DNA from: Octopus sinensis
Taxonomy: Eukaryota
DNA length: 64,000 nucleotides
Direction: 5' to 3'
NCBI RefSeq assembly: GCF_006345805.1
Contig: NC_043001.1
Location: 119,102,001 to 119,166,000 of the forward strand
Shown: piece by piece, positions 22,660 through 35,784 of the stretch
How positions within the stretch are numbered: position 1 is the stretch's first letter
Layout: each line of letters opens with the position of its first letter
The notes under the pieces: generated by a model
What the model was told of the DNA's origin: nothing
The model's database searches: none
The model's input: the letters and a program-made list of their open reading frames with translations, nothing else
Position numbers and translations under genes: made by a program

Positions 22660-23990
22660 AACTAAGAAAATGCACATTAGATATAAAAATAAAGTCTTTT
22701 TTAAGAAAAGCAAAGATATATACATACAATTAGATGATTTGAGGTGGACTTATGAAGCATAAAAATCATTATAGAGATTCAAAGTCATACAGGTATCGTC
22801 AGAGCTAATCACTGACTTTGAATGAACACCAATTTCCAAACACTGTTGGGCCTAATAGTAACTGAGTGAAAAGATTACACGCAAGGGAGGTAAACAGTTC
22901 TTGAAGTGATGCAATTAAGGTAGATATAAATACTGGAATATGAATGGTGTATGGTATGGAATTATTGGTAAGGTTAGTAGTCTCCTGTATTAAGTTGTGT
23001 ATTCATGTTGAGTTGTGGATGGTATTTATTAATGAAAGTTGCCTCTTTATTTAATCTTTACTGTACTGAGGTGTTCTGTGAAAATTGATAAAAGGGAAAA
23101 CTAGGAAGTTCGGTTTAAGATTCCTAGCACATGTTTCTATATATTGTGAGAATCGAATTTTTTCTTTGTGAAGAGTTGTTCTTCGTCGGAGTGACATTCC
23201 TGTTTGGCCTATATAGTGATTTCCGTACCATAAGCAGGTAATAGCATAGATTAAATTTTCAGAGGCACAGGTGAAATTTGATTTTATCTTAAATACTTCA
23301 CCTTGTCTGAGGTGAAACTGTAACCTCCAAAATATGGGGGGGGGGCATGTGCCACAGTTAGGCCGCCCGCATTTTTTTCACTTTTGGTTCCGTTGTTAAT
23401 GGATATAGCCTTGCGCTGGTTAATATTTTTTTCAATGATTTCGGTTCTCATTTTGCTCTTGATAATTTTGTGTGAGACTAAAATTTTGTTCATTGTTTTT
23501 ATCTCAAGTGAGAATGGGTAGATTTTGGATGATGATGTTGAAGACCACATTGTTTCTAGTGTTGTGTGTGGAGATGTATGGGAGTATTCACTATTTTTTT
23601 TTTGCTATCGAGACATCTTCGATGGTGTAGTTAAGTGCTTCTGTGAGACGCAATTTTCGGCAAAAATCTGTAGAGTTATCCTTAATTTCATTCGGGTTCG
23701 TTCTGCGAGGGGTTGGTTTAAACTTCAAACCTCTTGCTAGAAGTTCAGTTTGTGTAGTACTTAGGATCTTCATTGATAAGTTGATTACATTTGTTCCATT
23801 TCACATGTTTCTTTCTCTGATTTAGGCCTAAAAATGGTGGTAGTAGGTGGATTATTGCGGGAAGTCTGTATTGTATTTGGTTTTGTGTGAAGAAATTGAG
23901 TGTAAAGTGCGTCTGTGGTAGTATGTTTGTTGTGGAGTGACTGTATTGTGGACTAGATTCTGGTTGTTGGTCCTTTTTCTTTGAAACCTA
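22660..23990 (-). mobile_element. Penelope-like element lacking RT (N-terminus + GIY-YIG)
   Basis: VINLSMKILSTTQTELLARGLKFKPTP..DFCRKLRLTE (23591-23800); NFTCASENLIYAITC..HYIGQTGMSLRRRTTLHKE..FINKYHPQLN (23280 to 23000). Confidence 0.85.
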
Positions 23991-23994
23991 TTTC

Positions 23995-24064
<70 letters not shown>

Positions 24065-24202
24065 TATATATGTATATATGTATGTATATACACAACAAAC
24101 ATACACTACTTGTGCTTTTTTGTTTCGTTGTATTATTCCCAGAGCGTCGTAAGAGATGGCCAAAAAATATCAAAAAGAAATCTCTCTCTCTCTTTCTGTA
24201 TT

Positions 24203-24245
<43 letters not shown>

Positions 24246-24389
24246 CACAGAAACCTAAACAAAAACTGAAGTGATAGATCATATGCCACGGTTAATCAAT
24301 CTTGCATATGAATGTTTCTAGGCATATACGCACACACACACACACACGCATGTATATACACATATATACAAACATATTAGTGTATATGT

Positions 24390-24426
<37 letters not shown>

Positions 24427-24476
24427 TTATATATATATATATATGCTTATATATATGTATGTATGCTTATATATAT

Positions 24477-24532
<56 letters not shown>

Positions 24533-25040
24533 TATATATATATATTTCCATGTGGATGTATGATGGCTAATTGTATTTGTTGTTTGTAGAGTTCACATGA
24601 CTTCGCTTTTTTTTTTCTGATTTCAGTCAGAAGTGATGTCGTAACAGAAGAGTGTTGGCGGCGTTCGACCTAAAAGTTATTTTAATAGTTTCTTTTGTTT
24701 TATTATCCTCTCTGCCCCACATCCTATCTATTTTTTCTTTTTGCTTTCTTTCTGTCTGGTCTGTCTATGTATACACATCCATACATTGCTATATGCATGT
24801 ATGTATGTATGTATGTATGTAAGTATGTATGTATGTATGTATGTATGTATGTATGTATGTATGTATGTATGTGTGTATGTGTGTATGTATGAATGTATGT
24901 ATGTTTGTATGTATGTGCGTGTATGCGTGTGCGTGTGCGTATGCAATTGTATGCTTTGTATACAAAATATATACGTAGTAGCTTACACATACATAAATCT
25001 ATAACCACAGAGACATCTTCGTGTTTACATAGATATACAT

Positions 25041-25108
<68 letters not shown>

Positions 25109-26639
25109 GTATATGTATATATGTATATATATATATATACACATACATACATACATATGGAATGAAAGAGTGTGGCAGGGAGAGAGAAGGAGAGGGAGAG
25201 GGAGAGAGAGAGAGAGTGTGAGAGAGAAAAGAGTACTGGCACAGAGAAAAAGATAAAGCAAGAACGAGAGAGAAAATAAAGGTGACTTAACCCAGTAATC
25301 GAATTATTAAACGCGATATATCTAAACGTTATATTTATCTTTGTGTGAGTAAAAGTATTCTCGGGGTTAAAAATCTGGAGATAAAAATAGAAAGGAGAGA
25401 GATAGTCCTGATGGCAATATCACGTGTTTGATCTCTATTAAGGCTATTCAGCAGCTGCCATTTAGTTGATGTGAAAAATGATGTATCTTACTTTTGAATA
25501 CTATTCTAGAATAGTCTTTTGCTGCTGTTTTCCCTCGAGAGGGCGCTGAATTTTGGGCCAAAATTCAGTTCTTTGAAATTAAAAGTTTTAGCATAAATAA
25601 ATAAATAAACAATTAAAATAATAAATATTAAAATTTGGAATGGCAATGTGCACGTGAGTTACGTTTTTTTGCTTTTTATCATGCAAGAAAGCAGATCTTG
25701 TGCGTCACATTTTACGGAATCTAAGAGACTGGTAGAAGCGATGGAGGGAGGCACGTAAAACGGAATTTGGCCAAAATATTCACAGCAGAATGGATTCCAC
25801 TAAAGACACACAAGTGGTGTGAAGTGGGATCAAGGATTAAATCTGTGGCCCATATAGGATGTGGAGGGATCCAATTCAGAACACAAAGAGCCAAGACAAA
25901 AAAAAAGAAAAAGCGAAAGGCATTCGCTCCACGTTTTTTCAGTTCTCTCCAATTCGTCGCCCAAAAGAATAAAAGTAAAGTTGATATCCACGGGATTTGA
26001 TCTCAGAGAACAGAGAGTTGGAACAAATACCGAAAAATATTCTTTTTGATGCTCCAACGATCCTGCCAATTCGCCACGCAGGAATAGGGAATAATGTTTG
26101 TGGTGCATTTTAAAAAAATATTTCGGTATTTTCCCAACTTGTCTAAAAAAAAAAAAATTAAGCTTTTCTACTCTATGCCGCTTGTAGTCTCCATTATTCT
26201 TTGCAGCCCATGCACGGTACACAAGATTGAGACTTTCGCTTTAGCATATAAGCACTAGCGACAGCTTGAGATATTTTCGCTGAAATCTTGTAGTTGATGT
26301 TGTTCAGCCCTGAGCCTGCTATGATCAAACTCATAGTCGAACTCCGTATCACATGCTTCCTTGTTTTTGTTGTATTGACATTGCTGTTATTATTAATGGC
26401 GTTATTTTGCATCTTAATTAGTGGAAGAACAGCGTTCATGATCCTCTCCAGCGTGACACGAAAAGTCAAAAATCTGGCCCGAATGCTCGCAACAGAGTGG
26501 AATCTGTTAAGGTACCCAACCAAAGTAGGGTGTAGAGCTGGGCGACATCTTAAGCCTACTATACAAAAACAAGAACATTTATTAAAACGTATTTTCATCC
26601 AAATTTCTTCTTTTCCTGCAATAATTCCACTCGCCCTTC

Positions 26640-26790
26640 CCCGTACTTGGTTGATTGACTGGTTAGCATATTATTTTGATATGATGAAAGTCAACAGGAC
26701 CTCGACTGAATTTGAAATCCGAACGTTAAGAGCCGTGATCAAATGCTACGAGCTATTTCATCCGACTCTGTAACGGCTCAGCCAATTCCT
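26640..26790 (-). mobile_element. SINE family 1, degenerate
   Basis: GATGAAAGTCAACAGGACCTCGACTGAATTTGAAATCCGAACG on the plus strand. Confidence 0.5.
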
Positions 26791-28160
26791 TATCTCATTG
26801 ATCAGACTCACAATCAAAGTAATTCAAGCAATTATTTCCCAGTTTTTTTTATTTTATTGAAATTTTCTGTTCAGAAATAGAGAATTCCCGATAACGCTGT
26901 CCAATGTAGCCATTATTTTCTAAAGATAGCAGTGCGCTGCTTTAGTGTTTGACTGCCATTTCTAGCACATTCAACGATTGTATTCATGTTTCTTTGTTGG
27001 CTTTGTTATTGCTGTAGAATAGTCTGATTCAAGAGTGTTTTAGCTAATCAATTGATTGATTGTATTCGATCTGCTTTTTGAAGCAATTCACTTTTCTTCT
27101 CTCTGCAGAAAATTGTTGTCATTTAACCATAGGTCAGCCACCCTGATGGAGCAAATCTATGTTGTTGTTTAACACCAGGTCAATCCTGAATGACCAGACT
27201 TATGAGTAAAGGCGTCCCAGTTGTGATCATTCTGTGATTTTAGGACCAATTTGTACGCTGCTATCTAATGTGTTCTTTCTTAATTAAGTCACTTGATTAT
27301 TTATCTAAGAAACAATTGGTTGCTATTTTCAGCAGATTGAGCAATCACGTAAATGCTCCCTTGTCGATTCAACAGATCTGTGATGAAAGACAGTAGTGTT
27401 AGGGCGATATCATATGTAGTCTACCACTCGAACTACATATAGACATCATTGGATGAAAATAACTCACTGCTTTATAGGGAAGCAGCAACCGCTCTGTAGA
27501 ATTGTTGAGTGTTTCATTAGCAAAGAGTAGTCAACCATCACCTCCACTCTGTGAATAAATTGGTGAATAAATTGGTGAAATGGATGAGATTAGCTAACCC
27601 AACTTTCTCCAGATATATGAACTGGTGTCTTTTTGGCTTTGAACGATTAGGCTCATGGTTATTAATGTTTGTTCTAAGGGCGTTGGTTTCGTTGGATCGT
27701 AAAAGCATCGGTGTAATTACGGTTCATTACATTCTGAGTCCAAATTCTGCTGATGTCAATTTTGCCTTTCATTCTCTAGAGTGGAGAAAATAAAAGAAAA
27801 ACAAGAAAAGTCGTTAGTACTGCTGTCGATATTAATCGACTACACCCCCCCACTGTCTAGTCTTATGCAATAGAGCGGTCCTATCGTTGGCCCGTAGTTA
27901 AATCGCTGGTCATCTCCGAACAAGCAGGCCTATAGTCAAAGATGTACCAGCCAGCCGATATGTTATCAGACATTGAGTATCGTGAACTACCTTATCCAAG
28001 TGTCATTTTTTTACAGACTGTAGCGTGGCATTTAATTGATATTTGGTTGTTATTCGTGTAACCCATTGTTATCTTGGACAATGTCTTGTCCCTTGTTTCA
28101 CAATCCGTCGGTAAAATATATACTGGATGCGATCAAATCCTCATCTTGCTTCAGTCATCC

Positions 28161-28770
28161 ACACACCTCGATTCAGTTGACTACACGTCTCGATTCAGCT
28201 GACTAAACACCTTGATTCAGTTCATAACAATTCTCAATTCAGTAGACTGCACATCTCGATGCGGTTGATTGCACATCTCGATTCAGTTGACTAAAAATCT
28301 CGATTCAGCTGAGTACGTGAAGGCGAGTGTCTTAGTGGTTAGAATGTTGCATTCGTGATTGTATGATTGTGGTTTCGATTCCTGCACTGGGTAATGTGTT
28401 GTTCTCGATTATAACAGCTCATTTCATAACTCAGCTAGCGAAAAAGAGTGGGTTAGAGGATACATGTGTGACACAAAACCCAGGAAACCGGCCTTATGTG
28501 CCTATGACTTAGGACGGGCTTTTGATATTATTTTTTATTTGTTGTTTTTGATCAGTTGCCTTCACATCTCGACTCAGCTAACAACACATCTCGATTCAGC
28601 TGACCACACATCTCGATTCAGCTGACCACACATCTCGACTCAGCTGACCACACATCTCGACTCAGCTGACCACACATCTCGATTCAATTCATTTCACATC
28701 TCGATTTAGTTGACTGCTCATCTCAATCAAATTTACTGCACATTTTCATTCAATCGACTCCCCGATTCCT
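28161..28770. repeat. 22-bp minisatellite (CACATCTCGATTCAGCTGACCA), ~16 units, split by a SINE
   Basis: Units at 28161-28314 and 28552-28770; most homogeneous at ~28585-28685. Confidence 0.9.
28319..28520 (+). mobile_element. tRNA-derived SINE, family 3
   Basis: GGCGAGTGTCTTAGTGGTTAG A-box, GGTTTCGATTCC B-box, GGAAACCGGCCTTATG tail; homologous to 42445-42652. Confidence 0.7.
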
Positions 28771-29635
28771 ATTAAAATTGTGGTATTGTGGTCTATATTA
28801 TAATCCTAATATAAAAAAAAAAGTTGTTTTGACCACATCTGGGTGATAGACTCAATCTTCCGACCGGTTCAACACCATCACCTAGTTTCTGAGTGCCTGA
28901 GCAAAGTCATTCTATTCCAACCATCCCGGCAAGATGTCTAGTTTGAAAATAACTTCTTCCCTTCACCCCACCAGTCGCGTAACCATGAAAAAACAAAACA
29001 AAACAAAACAAAAAACAGAAAGTAAAAAATAAAGGCACTGCATTTTCTGCTATGACTAAGCGAAAGAATAGAATCGAATAGGCTTTCTCTTATACTTATT
29101 ATTTAGACCCGGAGCTCCCTTGAAAACTTACACCTAAAGAACTTCAAGTCGTGGCTTTCATGTATACAGTTTTTTTCTAAACAATGCATCAAGATCTACG
29201 TTACCCAATATAAATACGAAAAGTATGGCTTGAAGGTGAAATGTCTACTATGCCGAGGGACCACGTAGAGGGTTTATTGTTCACGTTACAGAATGTCAAG
29301 ATTTAATGACAGATCCATGACATACATTCAATAGAATACAATTTTATCAATAATGTACATCAGAAACAAAATGTATTCCACTCACAATAAATAGAAAATT
29401 AAGTATAGTGGTCGAAACGTTTTATTCAGACATAGGTAGATGCGTGAATGTATATCTCTATGTGTATAGAATGAGAGGAATTGGTGGAGCGCTGTCAAAC
29501 AGCAAATCGTACTGTGATGACGAATCAGAGTTAGGAGATGTATGCTTTCAAAGTACGCTGTCTCAACTTGACATACAGAATTCTATGACTAGCATTTAGC
29601 TGAGTACTTCGTATGGACAGGTAATGCGCACACAC

Positions 29636-29666
<31 letters not shown>

Positions 29667-30744
29667 TCTTTATGGTGTGTAAGTGTGTGGGTGTGTGCGT
29701 GCGTGCGTGCAGGTTTATACGCATTGTTACGTCATGTACGATCTTCCGGGCGACATGTTTCCTTCAAGATGTCTGTCTCGCTCTCATTTTTCTTTATTTT
29801 ATTACTTACCACACACACACACACATGTATGTATGTCTGTATGTATGCATGTATCAATATACATGCGTATGCTTAAATTGTCCCTTATGTTTGCTACTTT
29901 TATCCCACTACAATCGTTAAAATAAGTAATAAAGTAATATTTTAAGGTAGAGTTACCGTTAAAGCAATTTCTTGGACACAAAGCTCTTATACTATTGAAG
30001 TTAGTGAAGATGAAAGAACAAGCTTTAATGTTTCTTTTAATATGTATTTATATAATTTCCGTTAGGATCGATAAGTTAGCAGAAGCGATAAACGTTAAAT
30101 AAAAAGGCTTTGAGAATTTATTTCGTTCCTTTTCATAAAAGTAATGTTCAAATCGTGTTGGCATCGATTTTATCTGGTAATCCTCTGCCACTTATATAAA
30201 TCGTAACAATAGTGTACCTCTTTGGTAGGCCATAATCACCCCTTACAGAAACTGGTCTTAAAGTTTGTCAAAATAAATCGTATTAACTCAAAATGCGTGC
30301 ATTGCATAGGAATTTGATGAAGTTATGTAGGAGTAAAAAGAGACTCAAGAACTGTAAATATGGCGTTTGTAGTTGTGACTGTGGTGATAGTAGTCGTAAT
30401 TCTTACAAATTAAAAGATTAATGCATTGAAAGCTTCAATTAATTGGCGTTTTTCAAAACGGTAAAACTAATGCCCATTTATGAAATTGGAAGTTAATCAA
30501 CACAATGATTACTCAGAGATATAAAGAGCCGGAACAATTACCCCAAAGCTTTTCACCCGACGCTCTAACGAGTGTGCTACTCTATTGCATAACTAGAGAT
30601 AGTTTTTTAAGGGCTTAGGAGAAAATACAGAAGATAATACACCTCTTGACGGGTTTCTTCTGTGGTTGTGCGAAACTTCTTGTCCCCAGATGTTATTCCA
30701 ACGACAACGACGAATCCAGAATGTGTGGTGAGAGGGGTGAAACG

Positions 30745-30932
30745 GTAAATTTCAGGAGAGTTAACTAGTCGGTTACATCGACCCCAGTACATAACTGGTA
30801 CTTACTTTATTGGCCCCGAACGGATGAAAGGCAACGTCGACCTCGGGGGAATTTGAACTCAGAACGCGGCGACGGGCGAATTACCGCTAAGCATTTCGTC
30901 CAACGTGCTAACGATTCTGACAGCACGCCGCC
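30745..30932 (-). mobile_element. SINE family 1
   Basis: ATCGACCCCAGTACATAACTGGTACTTA..GGATGAAAGGCAACGTCGACCTCGG..GAACTCAGAACG..CGCCGCC on the plus strand. Confidence 0.9.
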
Positions 30933-31685
30933 TTGTGAGTTTCTTTAATAAGAGCCCCAATACGCACAAGAAATAAATAAAACTAATTTCTTCAAATATA
31001 CGAACGTATTCTATGTGGTAGACATAACATCGTGGCCCGACTTAACAACCCCTGACTGGTGGGTTATACTTATCAGAGCCCATACTATAATAATCACTTG
31101 TGTCCAGTTCCCTAGCCAGAGAATACTTTTCTCTTATTTCTGTGCAGTTCCCGAGGCCATGGAAACGGTCATAACTCTGGCCTTATTCCAATGACTGAGT
31201 TAAAAATTATCCAACATACGCTCGTTATCAAAAACAATGCCGAAAAGCGCAACAAAGAGTTTAATTTTACTGCGTAACAGCAGAACCATTACAATAGTAT
31301 AAATAACAAGCAAAATAAAGGTAGAAAACACAATGCCCACGAATAAATAGGACAAGTCGCTTTAAAATATCGGTAATATTGACCTGCCAGAAAAAAAACA
31401 TACAATCAAACTGCCAATAATTTCAGATAAATAATCTGAAACGAAATATATAATACTGAAAAATGAAATATTGCGAAAAAGGACATAAATGGTCTTTTTT
31501 CTTATTAAATATATCTGATATCGAAGTTGTTCATCACAAAATGAGTGTGTATGAGTTTGTGTATATGTGTATATGTATGCATATAACCACATATACAAAT
31601 GTGTATAGGTATGTGTGTGTGTATGTGTGTGTATATAGAGGTATATATTTATGTATGATTATATATGTATATATTTACTCCCCCC

Positions 31686-31722
<37 letters not shown>

Positions 31723-31893
31723 GCATATGTGTGTGTTTGTGTGTATATGTTTGTAAGGACACATACATACATACGTACGTATGTACATACATACATATGT
31801 GTATATGTATGTGTGTGTATGTGTGTAAGTGTGTGTATATAGATGTACATATTTATGTATGATTATATATGTATATATTTACTCCCCTCATAT

Positions 31894-31937
<44 letters not shown>

Positions 31938-32071
31938 CATACATATATATATATATATACATGTATATATGTGTGTGCTCGTGTGTATATGTTTGTAAGG
32001 ACACATACATACATACATACATACATACAAAGATACATACATACATACATACGTACATACATACATACACA

Positions 32072-32222
32072 CTTTTGCGCCAATTACTATTGGTATTACG
32101 TCTACTCTCCTCATTGACACAACCTTCGTATTTCCCACTTCAAATTGCCATAGTTGTTTATTGTTTTCTTTCTCTTTGATCCTGTTGTCACTCCAACATG
32201 CCACGTCGGTTATCAGGCAAAA
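32072..32222 (-). mobile_element. R4/Dong-like RLE-domain fragment (different family from its neighbour)
   Basis: FCLITDVACWSDNRIKEKE...MRRVDVIPIVIGA. Confidence 0.7.
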
Positions 32223-32350
32223 TCCTGACAGCATCTGGGAACTTCCACAGAAATAGTGATGTTGACAGGCTCTACCTAAGAAGAAATGAAGGTGGTAGAG
32301 GCCTTAGATCAGTGCAAATGCCGTATAGTATCACCCAGGCAGTACCTGCT

Positions 32351-32386
<36 letters not shown>

Positions 32387-33475
32387 AAATAATATATTAA
32401 TGCAGTCCTGAAAAGTGAAGTGAGCAACATTGTACGAATTGCCAGTGAACTCTCTTGGAAACACTCTCTTCCTGATTCATCTTCTATACAGCCTCAAAAC
32501 AGCTGGGCTCTCTTCCTTCAGAGAAGACCTAGACGAAAAGCACTCAGCATAAAAAAAAGGACTATGTGTAGGTATGTTGCCCGGAATCTTGAAGGAGACA
32601 ATAGAATTGACACGAAGCGCAGCCTCTCTTGGACACAAGACCACTACATCACATCAAATTTTGAAGGCTATGTATTTGCAATCCAGGAACAGGAGATTGC
32701 CACAAAGTACCTGGTGAACAAAAGAGACAGTGACGCTCTTGTAATCCCAAGCTACAACTCTATCTGTAGTCTATGTCATGTTTCTGTGGAAGACAATACG
32801 CATGTGATTAGCAGCTGTCCTAAAATGTCGTCACGGTACCAACTTCCTATGCGGCACGATGTTGTTGCTAAAACAATTTACAATGCCATTCGCAAAAAAG
32901 ACTGTTCTGAAATAAACGTAGAAAATCCCTCTGTTATGGAATACATTCATAAACATCAACTCAAAGAATGGTGGAATATTCCCATCAAAACTTCTGTCAA
33001 ATGTAAGGATCACAGGCTGGATATTGTTGTTTGGGACAGAGAGGCAAAGATATGCACCAACATAGAGTTTAGCTGCCCTGCAGATATAAATATCTCTTTG
33101 AAAATCAATGTAGAAGAGGATATCTATGGACAACTGCTTCGAATCATCGAGCTTCTACAACCAGAATATGAATTTATATTCATACCAATGATAATTGGAG
33201 CACTAGGTTTTGTTAGTAAATGCTTAAAGGATAATCTGGATAAACTGGGATTTTCGGAAAAAGAAATTGACCGGCTGTGAGTGGAACAGCAAAAATATGC
33301 AAAATGTGTAAAAAAAGTGCAATCTGTGAGTGGAACAGTAAAAATATGCAAGACTTTTCCCAAGTTCTCAATCTGAATTTGACTGTGTTAATTACATCTC
33401 AAAGATGGAGACTTGTATCGTGTTGGAAACCGGCTCCGTCCTCAGTGGAAGACTTATGATAATTAAAAAATAGAA
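32218..33475 (+). mobile_element. R4/Dong-clade non-LTR retrotransposon, 5'-truncated
   Basis: FHRNSDVDRLYLRRNEGGRGL; EGYVFAIQEQ; CSLC..THVISSC (CCHC); RHDVVAK; RLDIVVWD..IEFSCP; IPMIIGALG; 3' UTR ending TAATTAAAAAA. Confidence 0.92.
32420..33280 (+). pseudogene. R4/Dong ORF C-terminal remnant (zinc knuckle + restriction-like endonuclease), 286 aa
   Basis: Same motifs as above; RT absent; PD and KxxKY catalytic motifs altered (RLD, EEDIY). Confidence 0.85.
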
Positions 33476-34158
33476 GAGACATACACAGTCTTAGACACAA
33501 ACACATACACACATATTTGTGTGTGTGGGGGGGTGCGTGTTATCTGTGTGTGTATGTGTATGTATGTGTGTGTGTTTGCTATAGTAAAATCGACAACCTA
33601 CTTTCGCTCCAGATTGAGTTATTCACAGTTATCACAGTCGTAAACTGCCCAGCTCAGAGTGAAACTCTAAAAAGACTGTCAACTTTGATACAATAAACAT
33701 GCATTTATTGTATGGCATTTCATGCAACAAAGTTAATAGCATTCAGTAAAATACAGTCGAGCTTCTACGTTTTGATTTATTAAATTTTTACGTTTTTAAG
33801 ATCCTGGAAGTGATTTTTTTCATCTACATTTATTAAAAATGCATGTCAATCTAATCATTGAACCATTATTCGTATGTTCATACACACACACACACAAGCA
33901 CACATGCACACATGCATATATGCATTTATAAGGTCCAGCATCTTGCTTCCAAACATGTTATATTGAAGAAAAAGTATTGAAATTTAATCTTTTTTTATTA
34001 AAGATTTTTCATATTTCCTTATTAATCCTTTCATAATAAAAAAGAAATTTAGACTCCATAGTCGTGTCTTCAATGTAATACGCAAACACATAGTCACCTC
34101 TCAACACACACACACACACTCAGAGACACAAATACATATTCGATTATATCATATGTAC

Positions 34159-34206
<48 letters not shown>

Positions 34207-34272
34207 TATATATATACACATATATATGTATTTAAACATATATGTACACACACACATATATTTATATATGTG

Positions 34273-34355
<83 letters not shown>

Positions 34356-34369
34356 TTTTATATATATAT

Positions 34370-34402
<33 letters not shown>

Positions 34403-34449
34403 TATATATGTATATATAATGTATATAAATATGTATATATATGTATATG

Positions 34450-34493
<44 letters not shown>

Positions 34494-34589
34494 GTATATA
34501 AATATGTATATATATGTATATGTATATATATATCTATATATATATAATATATATATATATATATTATATATATATGTATATAAATATGT

Positions 34590-34623
<34 letters not shown>

Positions 34624-34883
34624 ATCTATATATATATATATATATACATTCAAGATAAACAGATTCAGTTACAATATCATTAAAAACGATATGAGCTAAA
34701 GGAGACTAAAAAGAAGAAGAAAACAATAATTACCACAACGCAACACTCTCTGTCACGTGGCTCTTTTCCGCTGTTCAAAAACGACCTCATTTTGTTTCTT
34801 TTCAATAAAAGAACATTTTAGAAAACAGTTACAACATCCACGATAGTGATAATACCAATGGTGTTAACCGAAACAACACCAAC

Positions 34884-34923
<40 letters not shown>

Positions 34924-35315
34924 TAATGATAAGGAGATGAACAAGAAGACGATAAAGAAATGATCAAAGGGAGTGTAACGCCATGGTTAAATTTGGAAAT
35001 TGATTTTTCCACCCTATTTTTCTTGGGCCATTTTTCTGATTTTACTCGATTTTGTTTCTGCACATTTTGTTTTCTAAGTTAATTTTTACTTTTATTTCTA
35101 ATATAAAATTTTAATATTATTTCTCTCTACTGACGAGTTGGTCAAATTTGACAGCATCAGAAGGGATTCTGTCAGCTGATATTACTTCAACGACAGCAGA
35201 AATACTAACAGATTTGAAGAAAAACATTGATGCTTGTTGTGCTTTTGCTGTTGCCGCTAAAAAGAAAAGCATTGTTAAAGTTGATGATTATGTAATGTTG
35301 ATGATGATGATGATG

Positions 35316-35375
<60 letters not shown>

Positions 35376-35528
35376 TAATAATAATAATAATAATAATAAT
35401 GAAGATGCAATTGGTAATAATCGAAGGCAAATGTATTAATAATTTCTCAATTTTAATATATATGTCACATTCTTTGATTTATTTATTCTTCTCTGGCACT
35501 TTTTCCTTTCTTCCTCCTAGGTATATAT

Positions 35529-35568
<40 letters not shown>

Positions 35569-35745
35569 CTTGTTTCAGTCAGCTGACTGTGGCCATGTTG
35601 GAACACTGCCTCGAAGGTTCTTTAAAGTCGAACCAATCGACCGCAGGACATATTTTTTTAAAAGCCTAGTACTTATTCAATCGAACTGTTTTGTTACGGG
35701 GATGTATACACACCGGTTGTCAAGCGTCGATGTGGAGACAAACAC
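35569..35745 (-). mobile_element. SINE family 2, 3' half
   Basis: TGTTTCAGTCAGCTGACTGTGGCCATGTTGGAACAC..CCTAGTACTTATTC..GGTTGTCAAGCG on the plus strand. Confidence 0.75.
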
Positions 35746-35784
35746 TTTTTCCCTCTCCTAAAGGGCATTCGCCCATTCTTCTAA

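Noticed and set aside
28161-28770. CRISPR array
   Set aside because: Head-to-tail units without unique spacers, no cas genes, eukaryotic context.
29408-29620. Plus ORF / exon MRGIGGALSNSK..
   Set aside because: All frames stop before the donor; more likely a decayed RTE 3' end (RNWWSAVKQ).
35148-35290. ASEGILSADITSTTAEILTDLKKNID.. as an exon, and CTGACGAG as a hammerhead
   Set aside because: Weak splice sites and an unrecognised peptide; no GAAA after the hairpin.
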